Made by a program: the position numbers and the translations under genes. 64,000 nt of DNA, from assembly GCA_049322215.1 (NCBI GenBank), contig JBMORU010000001.1, forward strand, positions 708,023-772,022. Reading direction: 5' to 3'. The notes below the pieces were generated by a model. It ran no database searches. It saw only the letters and a list, made by a program, of their open reading frames with translations, and was not told where the DNA came from. Source of the DNA: Patescibacteria group bacterium (GTDB lineage: Bacteria; Patescibacteriota; WWE3; UBA101185; UBA10185). How positions within the stretch are numbered: the stretch's first letter is position 1; the number at the start of each line of letters is the position of its first letter. Positions 37,340 to 46,186 of this stretch are shown here, piece by piece.

Positions 37340-39655
37340 ATGAAATTGGGCTACTTTAAGCATTATCATATAATGATTATGCTTATGCAATTGAAGAGTA
37401 TTTTTAAAAACAGCTATTTTAAATACGATGTCCTAGTTGTGTTACTAGTCTTTGGCAGTGTTTGGTACTTGTTCACAAATTATCTTCTGCTGTTGGCTTT
37501 TTTTATTTTGTTAGTTTTACTGGGTATTTTTTTCTTATTCTATCGTCAAAGTCGATTTAAGCTAAAACTATCTTTGTTTAGTATTTTGCTTGTGGGTTTG
37601 GTAGTAATTACTTTATTTGTTAACTTCTATACTTTTTACTTTTATGTATACCTGTTTAAGACTTCTTACACTTTAAATACTTTTTTTGAAATAAATCAAA
37701 ACTTATTTATTTTACTAGTTAAGTATTTAGTATTGTTTGCTACTTATTCATATACTTCCTACACGTTGGGAGATTCTGTTTTAAAAAAATTATATCGCAA
37801 AAAAGCCAACCTGTTTCATTATTATGAAGAGGTTTTTGTTTCAGTTGTTTTGGGTTTAAGTATTCACGTATTATTTTTGTTCGGGTTAGGTTCATTTGGT
37901 TTAATTTCGGGCATTTCTTTACTTACTTATGCGGGGTTGTTGCTAGCAGCTTTTCATAAAAGAATGCTTAATGATGCTCAAGTTTTATACAAAATCTTTT
38001 TTATCAAAAAGTTATATTTTGGTGCTTCGTCTTTCATCGAATCATTTGTTCAGATTTTATTTTTTGTGTTTTTTTGTTCAACAGGGGCCGTAACTTTTAG
38101 ATCATTCACGTTTGGTCCTGATGCCTGGCGGGCATATTTACTAAATATAAAAGAACTCGCCACAACCGGGTCATTACTTGCTACTGCTAATATTGTATCG
38201 TCACCTTACCCAGTTGAGCTATTGTTTGCACCCGCTTTTTTGTTAGGTGGTATACCATTAACTATTAGTCTCGTTTATACATTTTCTCTTTTGTTTTTGA
38301 TTGGTTTTGCACTATGCTTTCGTACTTCAGCAAAAGAAAAATCTTTTTTACCTTTAGTTTTATTGCTTGCCTCTACTCCTTTAATTATTAACTTTTTGGC
38401 CATACAGTTTAAAACTGATTTATTCTTGTTATTAGTTGCAAGTGTTGTTTTACTTTTAACCTTAAAATACTTAAAAACCCTAAATTTTGAACTTGCCGTT
38501 CTTATTTTTTACTTTATGGGATTTGCATTGCTAATCAAAGCTACCTCGTTGTTTTTTGTGTGCCCAGTTAGTTTGGTGTTATTATTTTTGTATTTTAAAC
38601 ATTCTAAACTGCCAAAACTACGCATAATCAAACAACTACTGGCTTTTTGTTTGGCTTCTTTAGTATCCCTTATTCTATGGATTTTTTTATATAAGGTTAA
38701 TTTAAAATATATAGGAGATATTGGTATGGGTTTAATTCCGCTTAATGTTATAGCTACAGATACAAAAAAGTTGGGGCAAGCAGGGGAATGTTCACTTTAT
38801 GACTATGAAATGGATACGCTTTATCAATTTAATCACACTTTTACTAGTTACAAAGAAATTCCAACATATATTTTAAATGGTACCGATGCAGGCCCTTTTT
38901 TTGATTTGTCCGAGTACGGGGTACCTGTTTTTTTTCTCTTGCTTTTTAGCCTAATATTTTTTAGGAAAATGCTTATTGAGCATGGTAAAGGCAGATTGAA
39001 TTTACTTTTTGGTAGCGTTCTTTTAGGTTATATAGGCTTTTTGTTGGTTGTGCCTATTTATGGTTGGTATGGATTGCCCGTGTTGTTTATACTACTCACA
39101 CTTATTACCCAGAGAATACTAGAGCTTTCTGAAAAGCATACTCTAACTTTCAAATACTTTTTATACTTTTTCTCGTCTTTATATATGACAGCTGCCTTTG
39201 GCTTTATTTATCCTGAGCATTATTTTCCTCTACAAAAAACCGTTGCGAAAGATTACTTAAATTTTGCTAGTAAAAATTCTCCTGGGGCAGATGTAGGATA
39301 TATTCACTATAAAGATGCTACTGATTTAGCCGAATTTTTGAATGAAAACAGTTTTTCAACTGATAAGTTTTTATTTACTTACTCTGTTACCTTTATCAAC
39401 TTTAACTACTATATTGATAACTATTTTGAAAAGGCAATATTTTTAGAACCAACGGTAGCTATGCCAAGTCAAAATGATTTTTTAAATTATATTCGCACAA
39501 CAAATATCAAATATTTTGTATATAACAAACTTATAGACAATATAGAACTAACTTGCTCAAAAAATTCTGCAATACAGTACCATAATTATTTTTCCGAATT
39601 TGGTGAGCTAGTTTACAAAAACAGTACTTATGAAGTTTATAAAAAGATAAACTAA
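37340..39655 (+). CDS. Large polytopic membrane protein, GT-C-like (ArnT/PMT-type) candidate glycosyltransferase
   Basis: More than 12 TM helices, then a C-terminal soluble domain of about 200 aa. The ORF track's 5' extension (37115) overlaps the divergent GT2. ATG 37340 is preferred. Confidence 0.45.
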   Translation: MKLGYFKHYHIMIMLMQLKSIFKNSYFKYDVLVVLLVFGSVWYLFTNYLLLLAFFILLVLLGIFFLFYRQSRFKLKLSLFSILLVGLVVITLFVNFYTFYFYVYLFKTSYTLNTFFEINQNLFILLVKYLVLFATYSYTSYTLGDSVLKKLYRKKANLFHYYEEVFVSVVLGLSIHVLFLFGLGSFGLISGISLLTYAGLLLAAFHKRMLNDAQVLYKIFFIKKLYFGASSFIESFVQILFFVFFCSTGAVTFRSFTFGPDAWRAYLLNIKELATTGSLLATANIVSSPYPVELLFAPAFLLGGIPLTISLVYTFSLLFLIGFALCFRTSAKEKSFLPLVLLLASTPLIINFLAIQFKTDLFLLLVASVVLLLTLKYLKTLNFELAVLIFYFMGFALLIKATSLFFVCPVSLVLLFLYFKHSKLPKLRIIKQLLAFCLASLVSLILWIFLYKVNLKYIGDIGMGLIPLNVIATDTKKLGQAGECSLYDYEMDTLYQFNHTFTSYKEIPTYILNGTDAGPFFDLSEYGVPVFFLLLFSLIFFRKMLIEHGKGRLNLLFGSVLLGYIGFLLVVPIYGWYGLPVLFILLTLITQRILELSEKHTLTFKYFLYFFSSLYMTAAFGFIYPEHYFPLQKTVAKDYLNFASKNSPGADVGYIHYKDATDLAEFLNENSFSTDKFLFTYSVTFINFNYYIDNYFEKAIFLEPTVAMPSQNDFLNYIRTTNIKYFVYNKLIDNIELTCSKNSAIQYHNYFSEFGELVYKNSTYEVYKKIN

Positions 39656-39792
39656 TAACTCCTCTAAATTTCTATATAAGAAGTAATACGTAACTTATGT
39701 TTGATATAAAAAAGCCTATGTAGGTTACTTTGGTTCTAGTTATATACCATAAAACAGGATATGTCGCGCCAAAAACTATAGGTTGACTAAAT

Positions 39793-40281
39793 ATGATGGG
39801 TGATCTAAAATTATTATCAAAATTTGGCAAATCTGGTGTAAAGGAGAACAAAATTCTAATGACAAAAAAGCCAATTAGCAGGACAGCACACTTATATTCA
39901 TTCATGTGGGTATTATTTATGCTGGCCTATGTTTTGTATCAAATCTTTAATTGGGGTTTAGAGCGTCCGTTTTTTAACGCCCTGATTAATCTGGCTGTTA
40001 CTATTATCGCAATACTAGTGACCGCTGTTACTGGTCTTGGAGATGGGGAAACTGTGCAGAGGCTTCTCTTATCTATAGATGAAAGCTTCGTGCTTCCGCG
40101 CCTTATAGCTCATAGCATTGTTGGTGTAGCGTCTAACGTTTCTATACTCAGCCTTGTATTATGGGTAATTTACGGTGCAATACAAAAAGTATTGGGAACT
40201 ACCACAGCTTTGTTTATTGGGGGTCTTGTAGGAACCCTAGTTGTTCTTGCAATAATTATTTTCAGCGCTAGGAAAAATTAA
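39793..40281 (+). CDS. Hypothetical membrane protein
   Basis: Three to four TM helices. Confidence 0.4.
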   Translation: MMGDLKLLSKFGKSGVKENKILMTKKPISRTAHLYSFMWVLFMLAYVLYQIFNWGLERPFFNALINLAVTIIAILVTAVTGLGDGETVQRLLLSIDESFVLPRLIAHSIVGVASNVSILSLVLWVIYGAIQKVLGTTTALFIGGLVGTLVVLAIIIFSARKN

Positions 40282-40489
40282 CTACATTTTTTAGAATAGC
40301 TGTGCCAGGATAACATAATTGAATTTGTGTTACTCCTGGCTTTTTTTTCTTTCGCGTAAATACTTCGACTAAAATATAGTTTAGCTTATTGGAAATATGC
40401 ATTTTCTGCATTAAACTCTTGTTTTATCATATAGCCTATAGTATAATATAAATACTTTGTAAATAACCAAGATAATAAGGAGAAACGAA

Positions 40490-40966
40490 ATGAAGAAAAA
40501 CAAAGTTTATTTCAAGTTAGGTCCTGCATTTGGTGATGTAATTATCGTTCAAGCGCTATGGAAACCTAAATTTGATGGAGAACACTGCCCAGTTTGTGGT
40601 CAAAAACCTACAATTGGTGGTGGCCGGGTTACATCGTCATGTGAACATTTAGCAACTCGTTCAGGCTTTCCCGCGTCATTACGTGATAGAAAGCTGGTAT
40701 TGGCTAAATCGCGTACATGGAATGGAACCCAAGAAAAACCAATGTCTTGGCATAATGGTTGGCCTGTGTCCCGAATTACCTTGCTCGAAAACGGATGGAT
40801 GGTACGCCATTTGGATAAGCCTACGTTTGAGCAAGATATGCGGCGTAAAATTTATGCTGCAAATGGGCCGGCGCTTCGCAAAACAAACGGTTTTAGTGTT
40901 GCGAAGGACTCAGCTTTATGTAAAGAACTGGGAATAAAAACCGGTTGGAACTTACTAGAAGAATAG
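40490..40966 (+). CDS. Hypothetical protein with a CPVC...C.H metal-binding-like motif, encoded on a GC-richer segment
   Basis: RBS AAGGAG. An antisense ORF is present, indicating higher GC. Confidence 0.4.
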   Translation: MKKNKVYFKLGPAFGDVIIVQALWKPKFDGEHCPVCGQKPTIGGGRVTSSCEHLATRSGFPASLRDRKLVLAKSRTWNGTQEKPMSWHNGWPVSRITLLENGWMVRHLDKPTFEQDMRRKIYAANGPALRKTNGFSVAKDSALCKELGIKTGWNLLEE

Positions 40967-41237
40967 TATGTACAAATTTGACTTAGGCTGTTAAGCGCCC
41001 ATCCTCGCAGTAACTAAATAAGTTAGCTGTGTGCAAGGATTTAAAACAAAACCTAAAAATACTTAGGTAAGACTTAACTAAACCAAAGGGGTAAGAACTA
41101 GACTTTTGGCAAGAGGATAACCTCTACTAAGCTCAGGTACGGCGAGCGTTCTTGAAAACAGGCGGTACGTAACCACCGGAGAACCTGTTTTGACGGAAAT
41201 AACCAAGGAAAGAGTTACACAGAAATCATTTTCTTTC

Positions 41238-41289
41238 AAAGCCATTTAGCAGCACTTTATTATTATTGCTGTTGAATGGCTTTTTTTTT
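41238..41289 (+). terminator. Strong intrinsic terminator ending a noncoding region of about 300 nt
   Basis: GCCATTTAGCAGC...GCTGTTGAATGGC followed by T9. Confidence 0.6.
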
Positions 41290-41406
41290 ACATCATATAT
41301 TGCTCAAGATTTACGAAAGATATAAAATGTTGTTATAGAAAAGATTACCGAAATCACAATAAGAAGGTCTGATAAAGCACTAATAATCGAAACCTTATAC
41401 CTTTTT

Positions 41407-41844
41407 GTGCCTTTTCTAGCTGGTTTAATAGCATTTCTTTTATCTTACATTGTAATATTCAATAGGTTTATTTCCTTTAAAACTTTTTTTGGTTTAAATA
41501 TACTGTTATTGATTCTTTTTTCAGTGATATTGCTTTTTAACTTTTTAAGCATAAAAAGAGTTTGGAATACCAAAAAATACATTGTTACTCAAGACAACAT
41601 AATAATAAGAGATAGTGTTGTTGGTGCTCAATACAGATCACATAATCTAAAAGGTGTAACAAATATAAAGTTAAACCAGTCTCCTTTTGGTGAAAAGTTT
41701 GATTACGGAACTCTCACTATTTATTTTATGGGTGGAAGTTTTATAACTCTTACACATATATCTAGCCCAGTTGAACACTTAGATAATATAAACGCACTAA
41801 TTAATAAAGGATTTATAGAAACTGAAACTACATTTAATGCTTAA
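41407..41844 (+). CDS. Membrane protein with a bacterial PH (bPH_2 / YdbT-like) domain
   Basis: Two N-terminal TM helices then ...FGEKFDYGTLTIYFMGG, typical of bPH_2. Confidence 0.45.
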   Translation: MPFLAGLIAFLLSYIVIFNRFISFKTFFGLNILLLILFSVILLFNFLSIKRVWNTKKYIVTQDNIIIRDSVVGAQYRSHNLKGVTNIKLNQSPFGEKFDYGTLTIYFMGGSFITLTHISSPVEHLDNINALINKGFIETETTFNA

Positions 41845-41942
41845 ATAAACTCGCAACCTATACTATAGGGTAAGTTATATGTTATAATTCATATAATTTT
41901 AAATAGGTATTCATGTAGCTATGCATACTCAAGGAGATAAAG

Positions 41943-42347
41943 ATGAAAAAGCATGGTGTGGTCTTGAATCCGATTGTGCTTACCTTTATTGCGTTAGTAC
42001 TTCAGTGGGTATTTGTGAAACTATTCCAAATTGGTGCAAATATCCCTGCTCTAAAAACCTTTATTGGGCAGCACCTAATGACTATCGGGGTTGTTGGACT
42101 TGTATTACCTGTATTTAGCATGTTTTATGCATCCCTAAAGTTGGGGAAAACAAATACACAGAAAACAATTTTGTTCGCACTTCAGACTGTAGTTTGTTTG
42201 ATCTTGTTTTTGGTTTTCTCTATTTTGGGAGTTACTGACCTAAGTGACTTAATTGGCTTTGCTATTGTTGTAATTGTGTCCGGTACCGCTATAGCCTTTT
42301 TAACGTCACTTGGAGTGTATATCTTGGACGAGTTACTAACTCTGTAA
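41943..42347 (+). CDS. Hypothetical membrane protein
   Basis: RBS AAGGAG. Four TM helices. Confidence 0.45.
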   Translation: MKKHGVVLNPIVLTFIALVLQWVFVKLFQIGANIPALKTFIGQHLMTIGVVGLVLPVFSMFYASLKLGKTNTQKTILFALQTVVCLILFLVFSILGVTDLSDLIGFAIVVIVSGTAIAFLTSLGVYILDELLTL

Positions 42348-42513
42348 ATAGATACCCCTCAAAGAAGAAGTTGTTACATTCATAAAAAAGTAACAACTTC
42401 TTCAACCTTTTTTTGCTTTTTGTTGCTAACTTTTCATAAAGTATAATTTAATAGGTTTTTCTTAAGAAAACTGTTATATATGTATCACAATACTTGAGAA
42501 CAAGGAGAAAGCT

Positions 42514-42846
42514 ATGTTAATTGAAGAATTGGCCTACAGATGCCCTTACTGTGACAAAATTTTTTGGGGAAGACATGCGAAAAAACAAGGGGAGTCGCAT
42601 ATTGATAAACTGGGTCCTCCGGTTTACGCTTATTCAGTTGGGTTTGCGTTTATGGCAGAGCTAGGAATGCAAGGAATTCCAGTAAAAGTGCAAATCTTTG
42701 AACTAGGTAGTGACGAAAACCATTGCCCAATTTATAGACTAAAACGAGCTGATACTGGTGAGTCTTTGCGCGGTTGGCATGGTGAACACCTAATTCGTGT
42801 TGAACTGGCAAGTATACATAATCGCAAACAAGTTTTAGCAGGCTAG
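42514..42846 (+). CDS. Hypothetical protein with CPYC/HCP motifs
   Basis: RBS AAGGAG. Confidence 0.4.
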   Translation: MLIEELAYRCPYCDKIFWGRHAKKQGESHIDKLGPPVYAYSVGFAFMAELGMQGIPVKVQIFELGSDENHCPIYRLKRADTGESLRGWHGEHLIRVELASIHNRKQVLAG

Positions 42847-43015
42847 CGCATAATATTTACTAAGGCATCTTGAACACAGCTTCAATTTGCCTTAGTACAC
42901 CTTCTTATAGTAAAGTTTCTGAAATTCTATAGGGGAATATTGTAATCGTTGGCATTGAAAAATAAAGCCATAGGTAATGAATGTTTTATATTCAATACCC
43001 ATGGCCAATAAAGCG

Positions 43016-43453
43016 TTAAAGATATTTGCGTAAGTCCCACCAGGGTAGACTTGCTTTCCAGGCAGAAACCTTTCGGGCTGTTTCTTCAGCTATAGTCTTT
43101 GCCACCTTTTTCGCGCCACGCTCGAAATTGCCGTACATGGTTTGGTTGGTTGCAAAGCGCACGAAGAAGAACGCGACCGCGGTTCCATCTGGCGCATAAA
43201 TTCTTGTTTCGTCTCCTTTTGTGTGTTTACGCCATCCCTCTGGTTCATGCAACACCAGGTTATTTCCCAACACCTTGACGTTAAATCCTAGTGCTTCAAA
43301 AAAAGCCTCTGGTGTTAGCCCGTCTGGGATGTTTTCTTGTGACATCTTTCGTGGAACTCTCCAAGGATATTGAAGGGCATATTCTTTTCCTGAGTCTAGT
43401 TCCATTCGGTGCATGAAGTTTCTGACCTCAACCATTTCGTATGTTGGTTTCAT
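43016..43453 (-). CDS. Hypothetical protein (GC-richer)
   Basis: RBS AAAGGAG. Confidence 0.4.
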   Translation of the reverse strand: MKPTYEMVEVRNFMHRMELDSGKEYALQYPWRVPRKMSQENIPDGLTPEAFFEALGFNVKVLGNNLVLHEPEGWRKHTKGDETRIYAPDGTAVAFFFVRFATNQTMYGNFERGAKKVAKTIAEETARKVSAWKASLPWWDLRKYL

Positions 43454-43550
43454 TTAAAAATCTCCTTTAGGTAGTTATTCCTATATTATACCCTATAGTT
43501 ATGTTGATGTAAATTTTAAGCAATAGCCTTTACTATGATAATATCTATGT

Positions 43551-44438
43551 ATGGAAGGCATTACCCCCATTGAAGCGTTATATGACTATGATGAAGAAGA
43601 TGACTATGAGGATGAATCTAATGTAACACAACAGCTGATAGAGGCTATAGATAACCTATATGGTAAAGAAACTCCAAACCGTGAACAAAAAATAGCGCTA
43701 ATTCAGCAAATTTCTGAAAATTTAGTTGAAGAAATGGATGCTTACTTACAGGCTGAAGAGATTAATTCTCGCATTTATGCAGAATTTCATGGAAACTTAC
43801 CTAGAGAATTTTTAGAAGGTGCACACTTACGAGGAGAACTGTTTGAAAGACTAGCTTCCGCAGAATATGTATCAGACCCCCCGGAAATAGGGGAGGAAAT
43901 TTTATCTTTAATGCGAAATCCCGATAGATTTAATTTTTTAGAAGAATTAGGTTATGTGAGAAATCCAGATTTGGCTGTTGTTGAATTAAATGCCGAAGGA
44001 AACTTAACAATTTTGCAGGCAGGTGATGCAAAACTTGGTACTTTCAATTATAGAATGTATAGGCAATTTAAAGATTCAGGGTTTAAAGCAGGTATGGAAA
44101 CCATGGCTGAAGCCATTAATTCTACTAGCAACTTGGCAGAACATGGTCTTGAATCGCTTCAAGTTGCAAAAGATATAGGAAGTAAAATTGAAATTTCCCC
44201 CGACTACTCCCAATATGTTATTGTTCCGTATGATAGAGACGTTGATAACCCTGAAAGCTTAATAAAAAAATCGGATTTTAGAAACCCTGCTGAATACGAA
44301 GATTTCAAAAAGATGCTTGAAAACGAGGATATTACGGTAGTGCCCTCAATTTTTACTACACAAGAGGTATATGAAATGTCTAAAGTACTTGAAGATCTTA
44401 TCGATAGACGTAGATTTCCTGATGAATACGAAGATTAA
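43551..44438 (+). CDS. Hypothetical highly acidic protein
   Basis: ORF only. Confidence 0.4.
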   Translation: MEGITPIEALYDYDEEDDYEDESNVTQQLIEAIDNLYGKETPNREQKIALIQQISENLVEEMDAYLQAEEINSRIYAEFHGNLPREFLEGAHLRGELFERLASAEYVSDPPEIGEEILSLMRNPDRFNFLEELGYVRNPDLAVVELNAEGNLTILQAGDAKLGTFNYRMYRQFKDSGFKAGMETMAEAINSTSNLAEHGLESLQVAKDIGSKIEISPDYSQYVIVPYDRDVDNPESLIKKSDFRNPAEYEDFKKMLENEDITVVPSIFTTQEVYEMSKVLEDLIDRRRFPDEYED

Positions 44439-44446
44439 CCACTTAT

Positions 44447-44983
44447 TTACTCAATAAGTAAATTTAAGTTGTTAATGCTGTATGCCCCATTATTTCTCAA
44501 AGTTTCCTCAACATTTAATATATCTGTGTCTTCTTTTAGGTAAACGTATAGTAAGTAATTACCTTTTTCTACTTCTTCTTCATACTTTCTAGCTATGTTT
44601 TCATCTATCCCTAGCTCTTTGAGTCCAGTAACTAGTCCCCCAGCAATTGCTCCTGTTATAGCTCCTGCAGCTGTAGTGCCTATTATTCCTGTAATACCAA
44701 GTGCAACAGCTAATGGCCCTGTAACAAATAAAGCCCCAATTCCTGGAACGGTAAGTGTACCCACACCCGCTATTAATCCCAGGATTCCGCCTAATAAGCC
44801 TCCGGTTTTAGCCCCATTTCTTATGCCTGCCTCGGTGTTATTATCTACTCTAATTTTATCTATAGAACTTTCTTTAGTAATAATTGTAATATCACCTTCT
44901 GTATATCCTTGATCAGCTAGTTCATTTAGGGAGTTATCTAAATCAATTACGTTGTCATATACACCAAAGACTGTATTTTCCAT
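44447..44983 (-). CDS. Glycine-zipper membrane protein (general-stress YflT/DUF1269-like)
   Basis: GxxxG-rich segment GGLLGGILGLIAGVG...GAITGAIAGG. Confidence 0.35.
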   Translation of the reverse strand: MENTVFGVYDNVIDLDNSLNELADQGYTEGDITIITKESSIDKIRVDNNTEAGIRNGAKTGGLLGGILGLIAGVGTLTVPGIGALFVTGPLAVALGITGIIGTTAAGAITGAIAGGLVTGLKELGIDENIARKYEEEVEKGNYLLYVYLKEDTDILNVEETLRNNGAYSINNLNLLIE

Positions 44984-45089
44984 ATTCTCTCCTATAAATT
45001 TATAACCTACTTACTTTTATATAATTTTTGTATTAAGCGAATACGAAAAGTTTGTAAGAAACTAAAGAGTATCAATTAAGCACAAATCG

Positions 45090-45119
45090 TTGACACTACA
45101 CCCCAGTAGGGTGTATACA
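45090..45119 (+). promoter_or_regulatory. Sigma-70-like promoter (TTGACA -N18- TATACA) with an embedded 7-5-7 palindromic operator TACACCC-CAGTA-GGGTGTA (45097..45115)
   Basis: Perfect inverted repeat sitting between -35 and -10. The ATG at 45126 follows the -10 almost directly, suggesting a leaderless or very short-leader transcript. Confidence 0.5.
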
Positions 45120-45125
45120 CTTATA

Positions 45126-45371
45126 ATGGAAAATAAAACTACTGAACAATTACTAAACAATGTAATAGGTCAGCTAAATGGCGTGAAAAAAATGATGGGT
45201 GAAGAAAAGGATTGTGTTGCAGTTCTTTCTCAAATGAAAGCAGCCAAATCTGCTATTGCATCAATTATGGATAAATATGTTCAAGAAAATGCCACATCTT
45301 GTTTAGAAGACGTGGGATCTGAAAACAAAGTAACGTTATTAAAATTAATTAAGGAGTTATCTAAAAGATAA
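45126..45371 (+). CDS. CsoR/RcnR/CstR-family (DUF156) metal- or persulfide-sensing transcriptional repressor, two-Cys type
   Basis: QLNGVKKMMGEEKDCVAVLSQ...SC matches the xxGQxxGVxxMxEExxxCxDxLxQ core. The ORF track's start (45090) would include the operator, so ATG 45126 is preferred. Confidence 0.55.
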   Translation: MENKTTEQLLNNVIGQLNGVKKMMGEEKDCVAVLSQMKAAKSAIASIMDKYVQENATSCLEDVGSENKVTLLKLIKELSKR

Positions 45372-45378
45372 AAAATAT

Positions 45379-45627
45379 ATGAGTGAAAAAATTAATAAAA
45401 AAGTAAAAGTATTTTCTACACCTACATGTCCATGGTGTAATGTAACTAAAGAGTTTTTAACCGCTAACAACGTGGAGTTTGAAGATGTTAATGTAGCTAG
45501 CGATAATGCAGCTGCTCAACAAATGGTAATGAAATCAGGACAAATGGGAGTGCCTCAAATTTGGATTGATGATGCCGTTATTGTTGGTTTTAACAAGCAT
45601 GCTCTTGAAGAATTACTAGAACTTTAG
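45379..45627 (+). CDS. Glutaredoxin/NrdH-like thiol-disulfide oxidoreductase
   Basis: CPWC active site. About 80 aa thioredoxin fold. Confidence 0.7.
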   Translation: MSEKINKKVKVFSTPTCPWCNVTKEFLTANNVEFEDVNVASDNAAAQQMVMKSGQMGVPQIWIDDAVIVGFNKHALEELLEL

Positions 45628-45650
45628 TTTTTACTTAAGTTTTTTTTACT

Positions 45651-46184
45651 TTGTTTTGGTATTATAAAAAAATGAGTACGAAACAAAGACCAAATTGGGA
45701 CATTTTCTGGTTCGCTCAAGCGCTAATATATTCCACACGTGGAACTTGTGATCGCCTAAGAACTGGATGCGTCATTGTTAAAAACAAACGCATAGTTGGT
45801 GCAGGATACAACGGGTCGGTTTCTGGATTACCTCATTGTGACGATGTGGGTCATCACATAATTGAAGGTCATTGTGAAAGAACATTACACGGAGAAGAAA
45901 ATGCAGTACTCAATACAGCCAGAAATGATTTAAAAGAAGCAACTGCGTATGTTATTGCCACACCTTGCTATAGATGTGCAAAAATTTTGGTAAATGCGGG
46001 TGTTAGCGAAGTAAAATATTTAGGATCCTATTCTAACTCACGAGGTAAAGACTGGCTCGAAAGTTTATCTAAAGATTGCGGTGTTCCTTTTACACACTTT
46101 GATTCTAGTCCATTAGAAATACTAAATATCCATGTTGAACGTTTGAAGTCAAAGGGCGGTGCCCTTTATGCCAATAAAAAGTAA
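45651..46184 (+). CDS. dCMP deaminase (ComEB / cytidine-deoxycytidylate deaminase family)
   Basis: HGEENAV and PCxxC (TPCYRCAKIL) zinc-binding motifs. Confidence 0.75.
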   Translation: MFWYYKKMSTKQRPNWDIFWFAQALIYSTRGTCDRLRTGCVIVKNKRIVGAGYNGSVSGLPHCDDVGHHIIEGHCERTLHGEENAVLNTARNDLKEATAYVIATPCYRCAKILVNAGVSEVKYLGSYSNSRGKDWLESLSKDCGVPFTHFDSSPLEILNIHVERLKSKGGALYANKK

Positions 46185-46186
46185 GC

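Noticed and set aside
40975-41292. Assigning the noncoding region to tmRNA, RNase P RNA, SRP RNA or a T-box leader
   Set aside because: The characteristic conserved cores are not present. These are the tmRNA tRNA-like ends and tag ORF, RNase P GGAAAGUCCGG/P4, SRP GGAAGCAGCC domain IV, and the T-box AGGGUGGNACCGCG. The region is left as an unclassified candidate ncRNA.
45090-45125. Upstream ATG extension of the CsoR-family ORF
   Set aside because: It would translate through the promoter and palindromic operator. The ATG at 45126 yields the family-typical N-terminus.
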